A stretch of DNA of 64,000 bases, taken from positions 4,714,001 through 4,778,000 of the forward strand of contig CM075990.1 in the NCBI GenBank assembly GCA_038087875.1, given 5' to 3'. Below, piece by piece: positions 1 through 11,570 of the stretch (its first letter is position 1; every line of letters starts with the position of its first letter). The stretch is from Malacoraja senta (Eukaryota). The position numbers and the translations under genes are program-made. The notes under the pieces were generated by a model, which was given only the letters and a program-made list of their open reading frames with translations, made no database searches and was not told the DNA's origin.

Positions 1-8
1 TCTACTGT

Positions 9-297
9 CCTTCGGCCCACTGAGTCCGCGCCGACCAGCGATCCCCGCATATTAACACTACCCTCCCTACACACACTAGGGACAATTTTACATGCATAAA
101 TGTACATCAAACCAATTAACCTACAAACCAGTAGGCCTTTGGAGAGTGGGAGTAAGCCGGAGCAACCGGAGAAAACCCACACAGGTCACAGGGAGAACGT
201 ACAGTACAAACTCTGTACAGACAAGCACCCGTAGTCAGGATCGAACTCGGGTCTCTGGTGCTGTAAGTCAGCAACTCTACCGCTGTGCCACCGTGCT
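9..297 (-). mobile_element. tRNA-derived HE1/V-SINE-type element (also at about 52713-52997)
   Basis: Reverse complement reads GCACGGTGGCACAGCGGTAGAG (A box)...GAGTTCGATCC (B box)...core...GGGCCGAAGG CR1-type tail. Confidence 0.8.
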
Positions 298-361
298 GCC
301 CTTTTGCTGTGTACATTCAAGACATGCAATCAAAATATTTTGAGAGATTATCAGGTAGTAC

Positions 362-655
362 ACTGGCACAGTTGTAGAGTTGCTGCCCTACAGCGCCAGA
401 GATCCAGGTTCGATCCTGATTACTGGTGCTGTCTGTACCGAGTTTGTACGTTCTCCCCGTGACCTGCGTGGGTTTTCTCCGGGTGTTCCGGTTTCCTCCC
501 ACATTCCAAAGATGCATAGGTTTGCAGATTCATTGACTTTGGTAAAGATTGTAAATTAGCCCTAGTGTGTAGGATAGCGTTGGTGTACGGGGATCGCTGG
601 TCGGCACGGTGGGCCGATGTTTCCAAGCTGTATCTCTAAACTAAACTAAACTAAA
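362..655 (+). mobile_element. HE1/V-SINE-type element (also at about 53062-53360)
   Basis: TGGCACAGTTGTAGAG...GGTTCGATCC...core...TGTATCTC(TAAAC)n tail. Confidence 0.8.
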
Positions 656-1219
656 GCTGATGGGTTAATGCAGCAAAGTGACTCTGAGGTGCTCTAAAGA
701 AGGGTCCCCATATCTAGTGACTCCGCTATCTTTAAGAGCCCTATCTAGCTCTCTCTTGAAAGCATCCAAAGAACCTCCACTGCCCTCTGAGGCAGAGAAT
801 TCCACAGACTCACAACTCTCTGTGAGAAAAAGTGTTTCCTCGTCTCCGTTCTAAATGGCTTACTCCTTTTACTTAAACTGTGGCTGGATTTGGAATCTGA
901 TTTGGATTCCTGGTGAGTGTTGCAGAATATAAAGTGACCTCATTTTTGCTTTCACTTTATACCAGCTTCCCCACCCCACCCCCACCCTCTAAAAAACCTT
1001 CCAGAATGCAATACACGATGTCTGAACCCGTTGTTTGTGCATGATCATGGCTGAAGCTAATCTGACTGACTATGGGATCGGCTGACAAGCAGGTGAACGG
1101 GCCACCCAGAAGCGTCTGGGCCCATTCGAGTTCATGTTTTGATGTAGCGCTGTGGAGCAGGCTAATCCTGGAACAATGGTGGCATGGAGTCACATGAAGG
1201 ACTCCGTGAACTCTGCACT

Positions 1220-1227
1220 TATATAAA
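1220..1227 (+). promoter_or_regulatory. TATA box of protease copy 1 (also at about 53921-53928 in copy 2)
   Basis: TATATAAA about 60 nt upstream of the initiator ATG. Confidence 0.6.
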
Positions 1228-1280
1228 TGACGGAGCAGTGGCAGGGATGTTTGGAGTCACACGATGGATGGTTGCTGAAC

Positions 1281-1377
1281 ATGTTGGATCAGAGTGTGCC
1301 TCTGATTGTCCTCCTGCTGACTGTATCTCCTGCCTTTTACTTGGGGAATGGTCTTCAGCACAAAATTGGATACCTCG
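1281..1377 (+). CDS. Protease copy 1 exon 1 (signal peptide)
   Basis: ATG at 1281, [32 protein letters not shown], donor G|gtaaga at 1378; phase 1 matches exon 2. Confidence 0.85.
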
Positions 1378-4300
1378 GTAAGAGTAGTGAAGTTATTGTC
1401 TCAATGAAAAATAGACTCATTTCCTAACCTAAATAATGCTAATGTCGATCAGCAGTCAGATAATGAACTTTGAGTGTTACTGCCACTGCCTCACAGCTCC
1501 AGGAACTCCGGTTTGATTCTGACCTCTGAGTGCTATCTGTGTGGAGTTTGCTCGTTCTCCCAGTCACCAGAGGATTCCTTCCGGTGCTCCAGTTTCTTCT
1601 CTCATCCCAGAGAAGCAGGTTGGTAAGTTAAGTGACTGCTGCGAATTGCCCCTTAGTGAAGGTAAGTGGGAATGGAATTAAAAATAAGGCAATTGGTGGA
1701 CATGTGAGAGAGAATATGTTGTAATGCTACAGGGGAATAAGATGAGGGGATAATGGACTGATGGGATTACTCTGTTTAATATCTTGGACACGATGAGTCA
1801 ATGGTCTTTCCTCTGTATGGTAATAAATAAGGTCAAATTGAGATATGGTACAAACAGGCTCGCGGCCCACCGAGTCTGCACTAACCAGCAAACAGACTAA
1901 TCTTATTCTAGCACATTGGATTCTCCTCACAATTCCAACAACTCCACTCCCATCTCCAAAGTCTACCACAGAATAGGGGCAATTTATGGTGCTCAATTAA
2001 CCAACCAGCTATCATGCATTTAGGATGTGAGAGGAAACTGGAGCATCCAGAGAAACTCATTTGTTCACAGGGAGAATGTGCACAGGCAGAACTTGAGGTC
2101 AGTATTGAACCTGGGCTGCTGGAGCAATGAGGCAGCAACTCTACCGCTGCACCATTGTGCATAGAATTATTTCACGTTTACAGCACTGCCAAGGGTAATG
2201 GTGGAAGCAGAAGCAATAGTGGTTGAAGACACTTTCAGATGGACATGGTCGTAGGATGTAGGTGAGGCACTAAACGAGTCCTCTGCATCTGTATTCACAG
2301 GATCACAGGATCATGTGCAGGCAGAAGGAATTTGTTTGTCAGCATCGTATTTGGCACAGATATTGTAGGACGAAGGGCTTGTCCTGAGCTGAACTGTTCT
2401 ATGTTCAATGTCACCATCCTATTCACCTCAACTACTCAGTGTGATAGTGTGTGCCACATTCTTGCCAAACTCTAGATAATGAAGTCTCTCCAGAATTCAC
2501 TCGTGGGTAATTTAGTGACTGCCTTGTACTTTTGGCTCTAGCTTTGGGATCGTCCACCTATGTTCTCCCTATCAAACCCTTTCAATTTCTCAAAACCCTA
2601 GCCAATTTCTTCTCTGCCTTTTATTATCTAGCGAAGAACCCCTGCCTGTTCAGTCGTTCCAGTTTGGCATTGTGTACGCAGATCAACGGATTGATAAAGT
2701 GTTATTCAGAAATTTTGAGCTGGTAGACACAAAATGCTGGAGTAACTCAGCGGGACAGGCAGCATCTCTGGAGAGAAGGACAGGGTGACATTTTGGATCG
2801 AGATCCTTCTCCACAGGGTGCCTTGCTGATATCTATATTTATTGTTTTTTCAGACTGGCCTGGGGATTGCGGTGTCCCACTGTTCTCGCCCAATGTAGCT
2901 GGAAGGATCGTATCTGGGAACGAGGCACGTCCACACTCCTGGCCATGGCAGGTCTCTCTGCAGGTAAACAACCCAACAAGGCACGGTGCCACACGGATAT
3001 GGGATCTTCTTCCAGAGGCTACTCTGGCTTTTATAACACCACCGTCAGCTCCCCCATTGAGCTCATCAGATTCTCTTGTCTGCTGTTTTTATAATATTAA
3101 TCCTTTTTAAAAGTTATAAATTCTGCTTCCAAAAGAATTTCTGATTATACTTTGGGGAAAAAAATCTCCTCCACTCTCAACTTCCTATTATATATTGGAC
3201 TGTAGCCCCCTGGTTCAAATGTGGCTACTAGTAGAATTGAACTTTCTCTCTTCACCTTAGCAAAACCCTTTATAATTTGGAAGGCTTTCTTAATTCTCGT
3301 GAGAGACACAGGAAACTGAAGATGCTGGACTTGCTCCAGTTTTCTTAAGAGTCTTTTTGTTCTAAGCAGGGGTTAGACAATAACAAATACCCTTAAGTAT
3401 ATTTGAAGAGAAACTTGCAACAATAGTTGGTTGTTATAAGTGTTACTGCTTCTGTCGATATGGAACCTCACTTAACACAACCACCGGCCACAGAGTCAGG
3501 AATACAATATTACCTAGGGATTAGAGTAGAGACATCCTATTTGTTCCTTTATTTCTGGATCAGCCTTCAAATAGATCCAAGAATCAGAAGGCAAAGGCCT
3601 TCTTTGTGGCTTTTAAAGTCATAGATGAAATAATGTTGTACAGCCTCATAAGAACAGAAGAAAATAAGAGCAGGAAGAGCATACTTGGCCACTCAAACTG
3701 GTCTTCTTATCGAGTCCACATCGTTTGAGCTGAACACACTTCTCAACATCTGCTTGCAATGCAATCCCATTAAAACATAGAGCATAGGATATTATGATCA
3801 TGTCTGATCTACCCCAGACCTCATCTCCCCTCATCCTTCTAATCAACAGCGAGTACATGCCTAGAGCCATCAAACGCTCATCATATGTTAACCTAATAAT
3901 CCCAGGATTCTGTAAGTGAGCCACTTGCTAAATGTTGACGAGCATTTGAACTGCTCTTGTAGCTGTGATTTATGCCATTGATTCAGTTGGAATTCCGGTC
4001 AGCAGTATTCCCAAAGATATTATTGGTGACGTCTCCTTATAGAAATGCCATTGAATGTCAAGGGTAAATGGTTAGATTTTTTCGTTGATGATGGTCTTGG
4101 GAGGAGTAAATATTATTTGCAACTTATCAGTCCTCTAATGCTGTAGTTACAAGCTTTTCTCTCTTGCTAGGTGCGTCCTAGGGGGAGTCGGTCCTATAGT
4201 CACGTCTGTGGTGGGACACTCATTCACAGTCACTGGATCCTGACTGCAGCACATTGCTTTCAAAAGTAAGCAAACAAAGGTTTGAGGCAAAGTGTTTGAA

Positions 4301-7300
4301 TAACATACCATAAAAGGGTGAAGATTGCCTGCATTATTCAATCAGGCAGAAAGGTGCAGGTAAACATATCCTTGCATTTAACTGCATACAAAGTTGGCGA
4401 GGTTTTGAGCCCAGTACTTAGCTGGGGGCATGATCATAGCCGGAGCTCCCTACATTGGGAATTTTTGTATCCTTGACCCGAGTGCGATCAGGGGTAAATT
4501 TGTAGCCCTCAAAACACGGATTCACGGAGACACTGGAGTGGAGAGGGGTTCAGACCGATGCTTGCATCCCATTTGAGGAAGGACATTATTGCTATTGAGG
4601 GAGTGCAGCATAGGTTCACCAGGTTAATTCCCAGAATGGCGGGACTGACATATGATGAAAGAATGGGTCGACTGGGCTTGTATTCACTGGAATTTAGAAG
4701 GATGAGAGGGAATCTTATAGAAACATGTAAAATTCTTAAAGGATTGGACAGGCTAGATGCAGGAAAAATGTTCCTGCTGTTGGGGGAGTCCAGAACCAGG
4801 GGCCATGGTTTACGAAGAATAGGTAGGCCATTTAGGACTGAGATGAAGAAAAACGTTTTCACCCAGAGAGTTGTGAATCTGTGGAATTCTCTGCCACAGA
4901 AGGCAGTGGAGGCAAATTCACTGGATATTTTCAAGAGTTATATTTAGCTCTTAGTGCTAAAGGAATCAAGAGATATGGGGGAAAAGCAGGAACTGATTTT
5001 AGCCTACTCCTGCGCCTATTTTTCTATGTTTCTATGGGTGGGTTTGAGATCATCCTCCTGCAACCTCCAGGTTGTAGGACAGTTTGTGGTCTTGCATATG
5101 ACTGGCCTAGGTTATTATTTAGTGGAGTTACAGTTGACTAGATGAAAGGGACAGTGGGGGCAAGAGGTTTCCAAGAACCCAGCATCCTACAAATAAATGA
5201 ATTTGACTGTACCATATGCAAAGGTCAACATGACTGAGATACAGTGATCGATGTACAGAAGGTTCTATTTATGTTTAGTTATGCAGGATAATTCAATAAT
5301 TCTCACTTTAGACTGTTTATCTTTGAAGCTTTGACTCTTGACTCAAACCATTGTCCATTCCAGAGGGAATGCAGTGGATACTGCTAATTGGCGTATTGTT
5401 CTTGGTAAACACAACCTGCATCATTCAGAACATAACCAGAAGGTTTATCGTGTGAAAAGAATTTACAGACATGAACGCTTCCGCTACCAGCTCCACAGTG
5501 AGATTGAGAATGACATTGCCATGGTCAGGTCAGCAGTGGACATTTCACAAAGCAGCTACATCCGATATGCTTGCATGCCCAAGAAGAACAGCCAATTGCT
5601 ACCTGGTCAACAGTGTTGGACTACAGGTTGGGGTGCTACCAGAGGTAAGAGAACAACTTAAGGAACCAGGATGAATGAGTGTCAACAAGATACAATTAAT
5701 TTGCCTCAAGCATAACTTCAAATCTACAACAGGGAGAGGTGGGGTTGGGTCACTTGTGTCATTGTGGTTTCCTGGAATTCGTCTGATGACCCAGTGAGTC
5801 AAAGAGAATATTCTTGGATTTTTTTTGTTCCTTGTTGTTCGAGGTTTATTTTTCCTTGTTTATTTGCTTCTTTCAGAGAATGGAGCAGCTGGTTCAGTGG
5901 GCAATGTACTAAAGCAACACTATATCACAGCACTGACCAAGTTTGTTGGGCCACCTCATGTTTTACCTTTCCATTATTACCAGATAGCTATCAACTAAAG
6001 AGGTATAATCTGCTGCAAATCAACCGAGGTCATTCGAACGTTTCAAAAATATCCGGCACACATAATTTGATAATATTGCATCTTTCAAGATTCTATAACA
6101 AGATTCATTAAAGTAAAAATGTAAATTACAATTCAAAAGGAAAATTATCAAAATACAAGGCCGTCCCTCCTCCCCACTGTGTGCTCAAATTATGGGTTGT
6201 ACACTCATCGTGATGGGTAAAGCTTGGACAAAAATTATAACTTGGAGCCAATACATTATGGCAAATGGTGAACAATGGAATTCCCATTTTCTTCTATCTT
6301 ACCGGCAAAAATCCCTTGTCTTTTCATTGCGTGATTGTTGTAAAAATCTGTGGAAAAGTGAGGATTTAGAATACTCAACTTACTTATTAGGGGAAGCACA
6401 ATAGACTATATATCCGATATCAGTAGATTGCTATTTTTCAGAGTAGAGAATTTCCATGTGGATGCAGACCATTTTGAGGATGTACCAAAAAGCAGGCTGA
6501 CTTGGAATGGGCTATCTTGTGCAAAATTACAATCTCTTAGGCATTCTAGATATGGCCATGACTGTTGGTCCGCAGGGCAGCACAAGATCTAGCAGCAAGC
6601 TCACTTTAGCTAGTCCCCTCCATATAATCTACACGATTTTTCATTTCCATATATCTTTAAGAAGAAAAACACCACCCATATCCACTTCATCCTCTCCAGC
6701 ACACACCAGCCTTCGCTATCATACTAACTCAGCTCATTCCAGTGTTTCAAGCAGTCTATGTTCAACACAATGTGTTAAAAAAACATACTTATCACCTCCC
6801 AAAATAATACTTTTGAATGGTTCATACCGGTGTATCAATCCAAAGGAATGTTTGTTTCTACATTTCAGACATGCATCATATTAACTGTGGACCACTCGGT
6901 CGTGCCAACGACATGCTGGGCACTGAGAATGTCACAAACCCATCATCTAGTTTGTAGGGATTTCTTCATTTCCCATTTTGGAGGTCTAGCGTTTACGTAT
7001 TTGAAACAAAAAATATAAAATTCTAGAAATGCTTAGCTGGTCAGGCAGTATCTGGAGCTGGTGAGGCGGGGTTAACCTTTCAAGTCAAAGATCTTTAGCA
7101 AATCTTCACAGAACAATGTTTGTTTCAGGTACAGAAAAGTGATTAAAAAGGGAATATGACGATGTGGATGATAAAGGAACCAGCAGAATCATACTGGTTA
7201 TGGATTCTACGGATTAAGCTTTGTTGTTGTTGCAAAGACAGTACAAAGTTGCATTTCAACAGTACTTTATTTGTCACATGTAACCAAGCTACAGTGACAT

Positions 7301-10282
7301 TTATTTTTGTGTACAGTTCAGTACAGGTATCACCATATATAAGCACTTAGATATATCTTTGATAAGTATCATGGATACAGTGCAAGTATGTAGTGGTAGT
7401 GCATTAAGTATACAGGGTCGCCAGATTTGGCACCATTTTCAAGTCACAGTTGTTATAGGCGTAGAGACGTTAACCTGACCATGAAGGCCTGTTGTTATGG
7501 CGGCGTTACAGGGTCGGCCTGGCCAAGCGTGGCCATTGATGTTCCTCACCGCACTCTGCCGCTACAGGCCACATCCAGTCCACATGCTAGACCTCTTGGA
7601 GCAGTGCCTCATGGAGCTGAGCCCCAGGGGACTGCAGGGCCTCCAGCGGTCCACTCCACTGTCAAGGCACTACACTGCCTCCCGCAGCCGGTCTGCTTTA
7701 TATATCATCTTTTGGGCTGCAGGTCATCACAAAGTGCTTGACAGCAAATGAAATATTTCTAAAGTGTAACCACGGCTGTAATGTAGGAAATGTGCCAGCC
7801 ACTTTACGCAGTGTCCTCACACACAGGATTGTAATTGTAATGTGAGTTGATCCTCTATTATACTGACAATTGAAGGATATTTTGCAGGGTGGCTATGGAG
7901 AATCCCCTGCTCTTTTTCAAAGATTTTCCTCCTGAGAAGGAAGGAATAGCCTCAATATAGATTGTGCAGTAAGATACAGCACCCGACTATTGGCCTAGAT
8001 TATATGTTGAAGGTCTGGAACATGAATCAAGTCAGATCCTTCTTCCTTCTGAACAAGGCTAAATATTGATTTCAACATCAACGCCCCATGACATAAGAAA
8101 GCAAGCCTTTGCAGATAGCCCAGAAATTAGCAGTAGTGCGGTGATGAGCCAGTCAGGTCTGATTTGCTCCTTTCTTTTCAGGACAAAGGGAAAATGTCAC
8201 TTTATCTGAAGTGCTAAACCAAGCCAGACTGCCAATCATTGAACATCAGACCTGCAAAATGAAGAAGTTCTGGGGGGATCGAGTACGTAACACAATGATT
8301 TGTGCTGGTTTTAAAGATACAGAAGGACCTCCTGCAGCTTGCCAGGTAATAGGAAGGAATCAGGTTGAAGCTTAACATCACCTATTCCCCTCATTGGTGC
8401 CCGCTTTGTACTCTCTTATCCTTTTTAATAGACCAGACAGGCAAAGTTAATTTGAAGACACAAATTGCTGGAGTAAACTCTGCAGGTCAGGCAGCATCCC
8501 TGGAGAATATGGATAGGTAACGTTTGGAGTTGAGACTATTGTTCAATTCCTTGTTTCTACAGTTAATTTGAAGCTTAAAAAACGAAAGACAAAAATGTTT
8601 TTCAGAGATTTTTTCAATAGGTGTTCCTTCAGTCTCGCATCGAGCTCTGGGGGCCATAGAAATCCCTAGTTAGCTCCCCTGTATGACTAGAGTCTACTGA
8701 TTACCATCTGGGCAGTGTTGTAGAGTTCTCTTATTCTGCGGTGATTTCTTGGGATCAAGGATGACACCAGTTCTGCGCATTCTGGGGTGGTTGATAAGGT
8801 TAATTTGGGATCTGTACTCTGCTGCAGACAGGGCAGGAGATTAATGATAGGGTAGACACATGGACATTTTGGGAGATGTTGCATTCCTTCTGCCTTTTAC
8901 GCTGGGCTTCTGTGTGCTCCTGACAAATGGACTCAAGGTTCTCAATGGAATCTCTAATTCTCCATATCATCTTAAGCAGCCAGGCACCAGGGGTACCCGC
9001 TGGTTGGTGGACATGTTACATATTTACAAGAAACCATTGAGAATATCTTTGATTATATTTCCCCAGTCACCTTGCAATCACTTTCTGTGACCAATTTCAG
9101 AATAGAGTGCTTGTTTTGGGAATCTGGTGATAAGCATCAGAACAACATGTCCTATTCTCTAGAGGTGACTGAATGTAACCAGGGCATCAATGCTAGGGTT
9201 GTTAACCTAATAAAGGTTGCTAATTTTAGTTTGCTTATCCCACCAATGGATTTGGAAGATTATACAGAGACCTTGGTGGGTATCTCTCCAGTGCTCTGAG
9301 GTGTCTGTTATAGTCTGAGATGAACAAGTGGATGTGGATCACTGCTGCCCAGTACATCATGAGATTTGACTATGAAGTCTTGATCTTTCTGTGATGGAAC
9401 ACTGAAAGCAATGATGATTTTCAACATCAATGTCTACCTTTGTTAGTTTAGTTTAGAGATACAGCGCGGAGTTAAGAGTCCCATCAGGTCCGCATCGACC
9501 TGAGATCACCACACACTAACACTATCCTACACCCAGTAGGGACAATTTTTACATTTACCAAGCCAATTAACCTACAAACCTGTACGTCTTTGGAATGTGG
9601 GAGGAAACCAAAGATCTCGGAGAAAACCCACGCAGATCACGGGGAGAACGTACAAATTCCTTACAGATAGCACCAATAGTCAGGATCGAACCCGGGTCTC
9701 CGGCGCTGCATTCGCTGTAAGGCACCAACTCTACCGCTGCGCTACTGTGACTGCCAAAAGGTGGCTCGCAAGATATAAGGAGCAGTCCGTGATTTACAGG
9801 GCCTTATCATGCATCTTTATTGTTAGAATGAAGTATTGTACAGCGGGGGCAGATTGGCAGAGGACCTTTAGAACATAGAACAGTGTAGTTCAGAAGCAGG
9901 ACCTCCAGTGTCTGTGCACAGTTTATGTGCACAATGTCTGTGCCAAACATGATGCTAAGGCTGACTCTTATCTACCTGCACAGAGAACATAGAACAGGGC
10001 CTTCAGCCTACAAGGTTCACTGTATATGATGAAGGGCTACTAGGATTCACTGTGTATGATTGTATTGTTCTGGGATTCACCGCACTGTGTCTTGTGTTTC
10101 AGGGGGACTCTGGTGGCCCACTTCTCTGTCAACATGGCTCGGATAAGTGGGAGGTTCACGGTGTGGTCAGCTTTGGGCCCACTGGCTGCATTGTTGAAAA
10201 TAAGCCCAGTGTATTTACCAGAACCACTGCCTACTTCCCCTGGATTGAGAAAACAAGGATATGGGATTACTTCTTAGACTGA
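1281..10282 (+). CDS. Chymotrypsin-like elastase family (S1A) serine protease, copy 1; join(1281..1377,2854..2963,4171..4265,5364..5644,8182..8345,10103..10282), 308 aa; resembles fish zgc:112285-type CELA2A-like proteases
   Basis: All introns are GT-AG with consistent phases (1,0,2,1,0); total 927 nt. Hydrophobic signal peptide [18 protein letters not shown], pro-region DCGVP, activation site R|IVSG, WPWQVSL, catalytic TAAHC, NDIAM and GDSGGP. TATA box upstream and AATAAA downstream. Confidence 0.93.
1840..2160 (-). mobile_element. Diverged SINE of the same family
   Basis: Reverse complement has TGGTGCAGCGGTAGAGTTGCTGCC, a degenerate core and tail. Confidence 0.6.
2854..2963 (+). CDS. Protease copy 1 exon 2 (propeptide and activation site)
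   Basis: ttttttcag acceptor; [40 protein letters not shown]|gtaaac donor. Confidence 0.95.
4171..4265 (+). CDS. Protease copy 1 exon 3 (catalytic His)
   Basis: ctcttgctag acceptor; [33 protein letters not shown]|gtaagc donor. Confidence 0.95.
4557..5035 (+). mobile_element. CR1 (HER1-like) LINE 3' fragment (also at about 57250-57782)
   Basis: ORF2 C-terminus RFTRLIP...[13 protein letters not shown]...RTRGH...[13 protein letters not shown]; tail ctatgtttctatg. Confidence 0.9.
5364..5644 (+). CDS. Protease copy 1 exon 4 (catalytic Asp)
   Basis: ccattccag acceptor; [10 protein letters not shown]...ENDIAMVR...YACMP...[11 protein letters not shown]|gtaaga donor. Confidence 0.95.
8182..8345 (+). 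CDS. Protease copy 1 exon 5
   Basis: tttcttttcag acceptor; [57 protein letters not shown]|gtaata donor. Confidence 0.95.
9443..9749 (-). mobile_element. HE1/V-SINE-type element (also at about 62187-62493)
   Basis: (TTTAG)n tail, core, and tRNA-like head on the minus strand. Confidence 0.8.
10103..10282 (+). CDS. Protease copy 1 exon 6 (catalytic Ser, stop)
   Basis: gtgtttcag acceptor; GDSGGPLLC...[14 protein letters not shown]...[26 protein letters not shown] then TGA. Confidence 0.95.
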   Translation, partial: GDSGGPLLCQHGSDKWEVHGVVSFGPTGCIVENKPSVFTRTTAYFPWIEKTRIWDYFLD

Positions 10283-10327
10283 AGATAAGGCTAAAGATGC
10301 CTCCGTTCTCAATTCAACTTCATTCAG

Positions 10328-10358
10328 AATAAAAAGAACTGTTTTACATAAAAATAAA
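10328..10358 (+). terminator. Polyadenylation signals of protease copy 1
   Basis: AATAAA at 10328 and 10353, 45-70 nt after the stop, followed by GT-rich sequence. Confidence 0.6.
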
Positions 10359-11275
10359 AGCTTTTGAAGGAAACTTGGCTGTCTTTGAATGTAGTGAGCT
10401 GTGGGTGTATATTGAAAGCTTGAAGGAAGGGTGAATGTACGTCAAGGGGAAGAACGACATTGATGGATCAAAACACTTTACAACCAAATAAGTGTTCAGA
10501 AATAGTCACATTTGTAATATTCGAAAGTTAACCAAAGGGACAAAGAATCAGTTGGTTGCAATTAATTTGGAGAATCTCAAACCAGCTCTTAATATTTGCA
10601 AACCAGTCGTCATAAAATTAGACTCTACCTCACACATGATCCAATTTGGATCTAATGCAAATATGATACAACACACATAACAAATTGTAAGAGAAGCCAT
10701 CTATGTTTGGTGATAAAATGGTTTGTTATTAATGGCCACTAATAACGTTGCGCTCATTTTATGTTGCTTTATGCAGCAAATCTTTTTGCAGGAAATGCAA
10801 AGTTTTGTGTTAGGACCTCCAGAAATTATTAAAATCAGTCTTGTAGCCACAAGATACTCCAACTAACAATGTAGGGATCGTCGTATGCTGTTAATCCATC
10901 AGCATTCATTGCAATACAACCTTCCCAGTTACCACATTGCACACATGAGCTGTAAAGTCGCCATTTTGAGTGATACTTAAAGGCAGCCTGCAATTCCTAA
11001 ATAGGTGGTGCAGTGCGGCTGCAATAAATGGTGAAAAGCTGCAATAAATTGGGAAGTGAATTTGTGCTGAGATACTGAACAGTGATTGAACTCGCAAGTG
11101 TTCACTGATAGTGCATTGGGTGCATTAGTTGCAAAAATTTGGAAGATGAGGGAACTTTTGTATCCACAGCAAGACAGACGTACAACCAAACAGCATTAGA
11201 AATAGGTACCAGTGGAGTTCATTGGTGGTAATGTATCTGCAAGTAACGGAATTCTCTTCAAGAAATTGTTTAATA

Positions 11276-11570
11276 ACTCCAATATTTTGAATTCAGTGCA
11301 AGATTCCAGCATCTGCTGTTTCTTGTGTCTTGAATTTAATGAATTACTGATTTGATACTGACTGTTGGTGGATGGTAATGCGAATTTACTCATAGTAAGT
11401 GATGCAGTTGGTTTAATTTAAGAGGCACATCCCACCAACTGCATCACTTACTATGAGTAAATTTGCATTACCATCCACCAACAGTCAGTATCAAATCAGT
11501 AATTCATTAAATTCAAGACACAAGAAACAGCAGATGCTGGAATCTTGCATGGAATTCAAAATATTGGAGT
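11276..11570. repeat. Long near-perfect inverted repeat (137-bp arms, 21-nt spacer)
   Basis: 11276-11412 is the reverse complement of 11434-11570 with 3 mismatches by eye. Confidence 0.95.

Noticed and set aside
362..440. tRNA-like A/B boxes here and in similar copies
   Set aside because: These are SINE heads continuous with a SINE core and LINE-derived tail, not tRNA genes.
1070..1096. Pancreatic PTF1 site in the protease promoter
   Set aside because: E-box CAGGTG is present, but there is no proper TC-box at the expected spacing.
4558..4947. ORFs of 120-175 aa at 4558, 14204, 15652, 18802, 38790, 46431 and 57295 as host genes
   Set aside because: All are 5'-truncated LINE ORF2 ends (CR1, L1, Rex/Babar).
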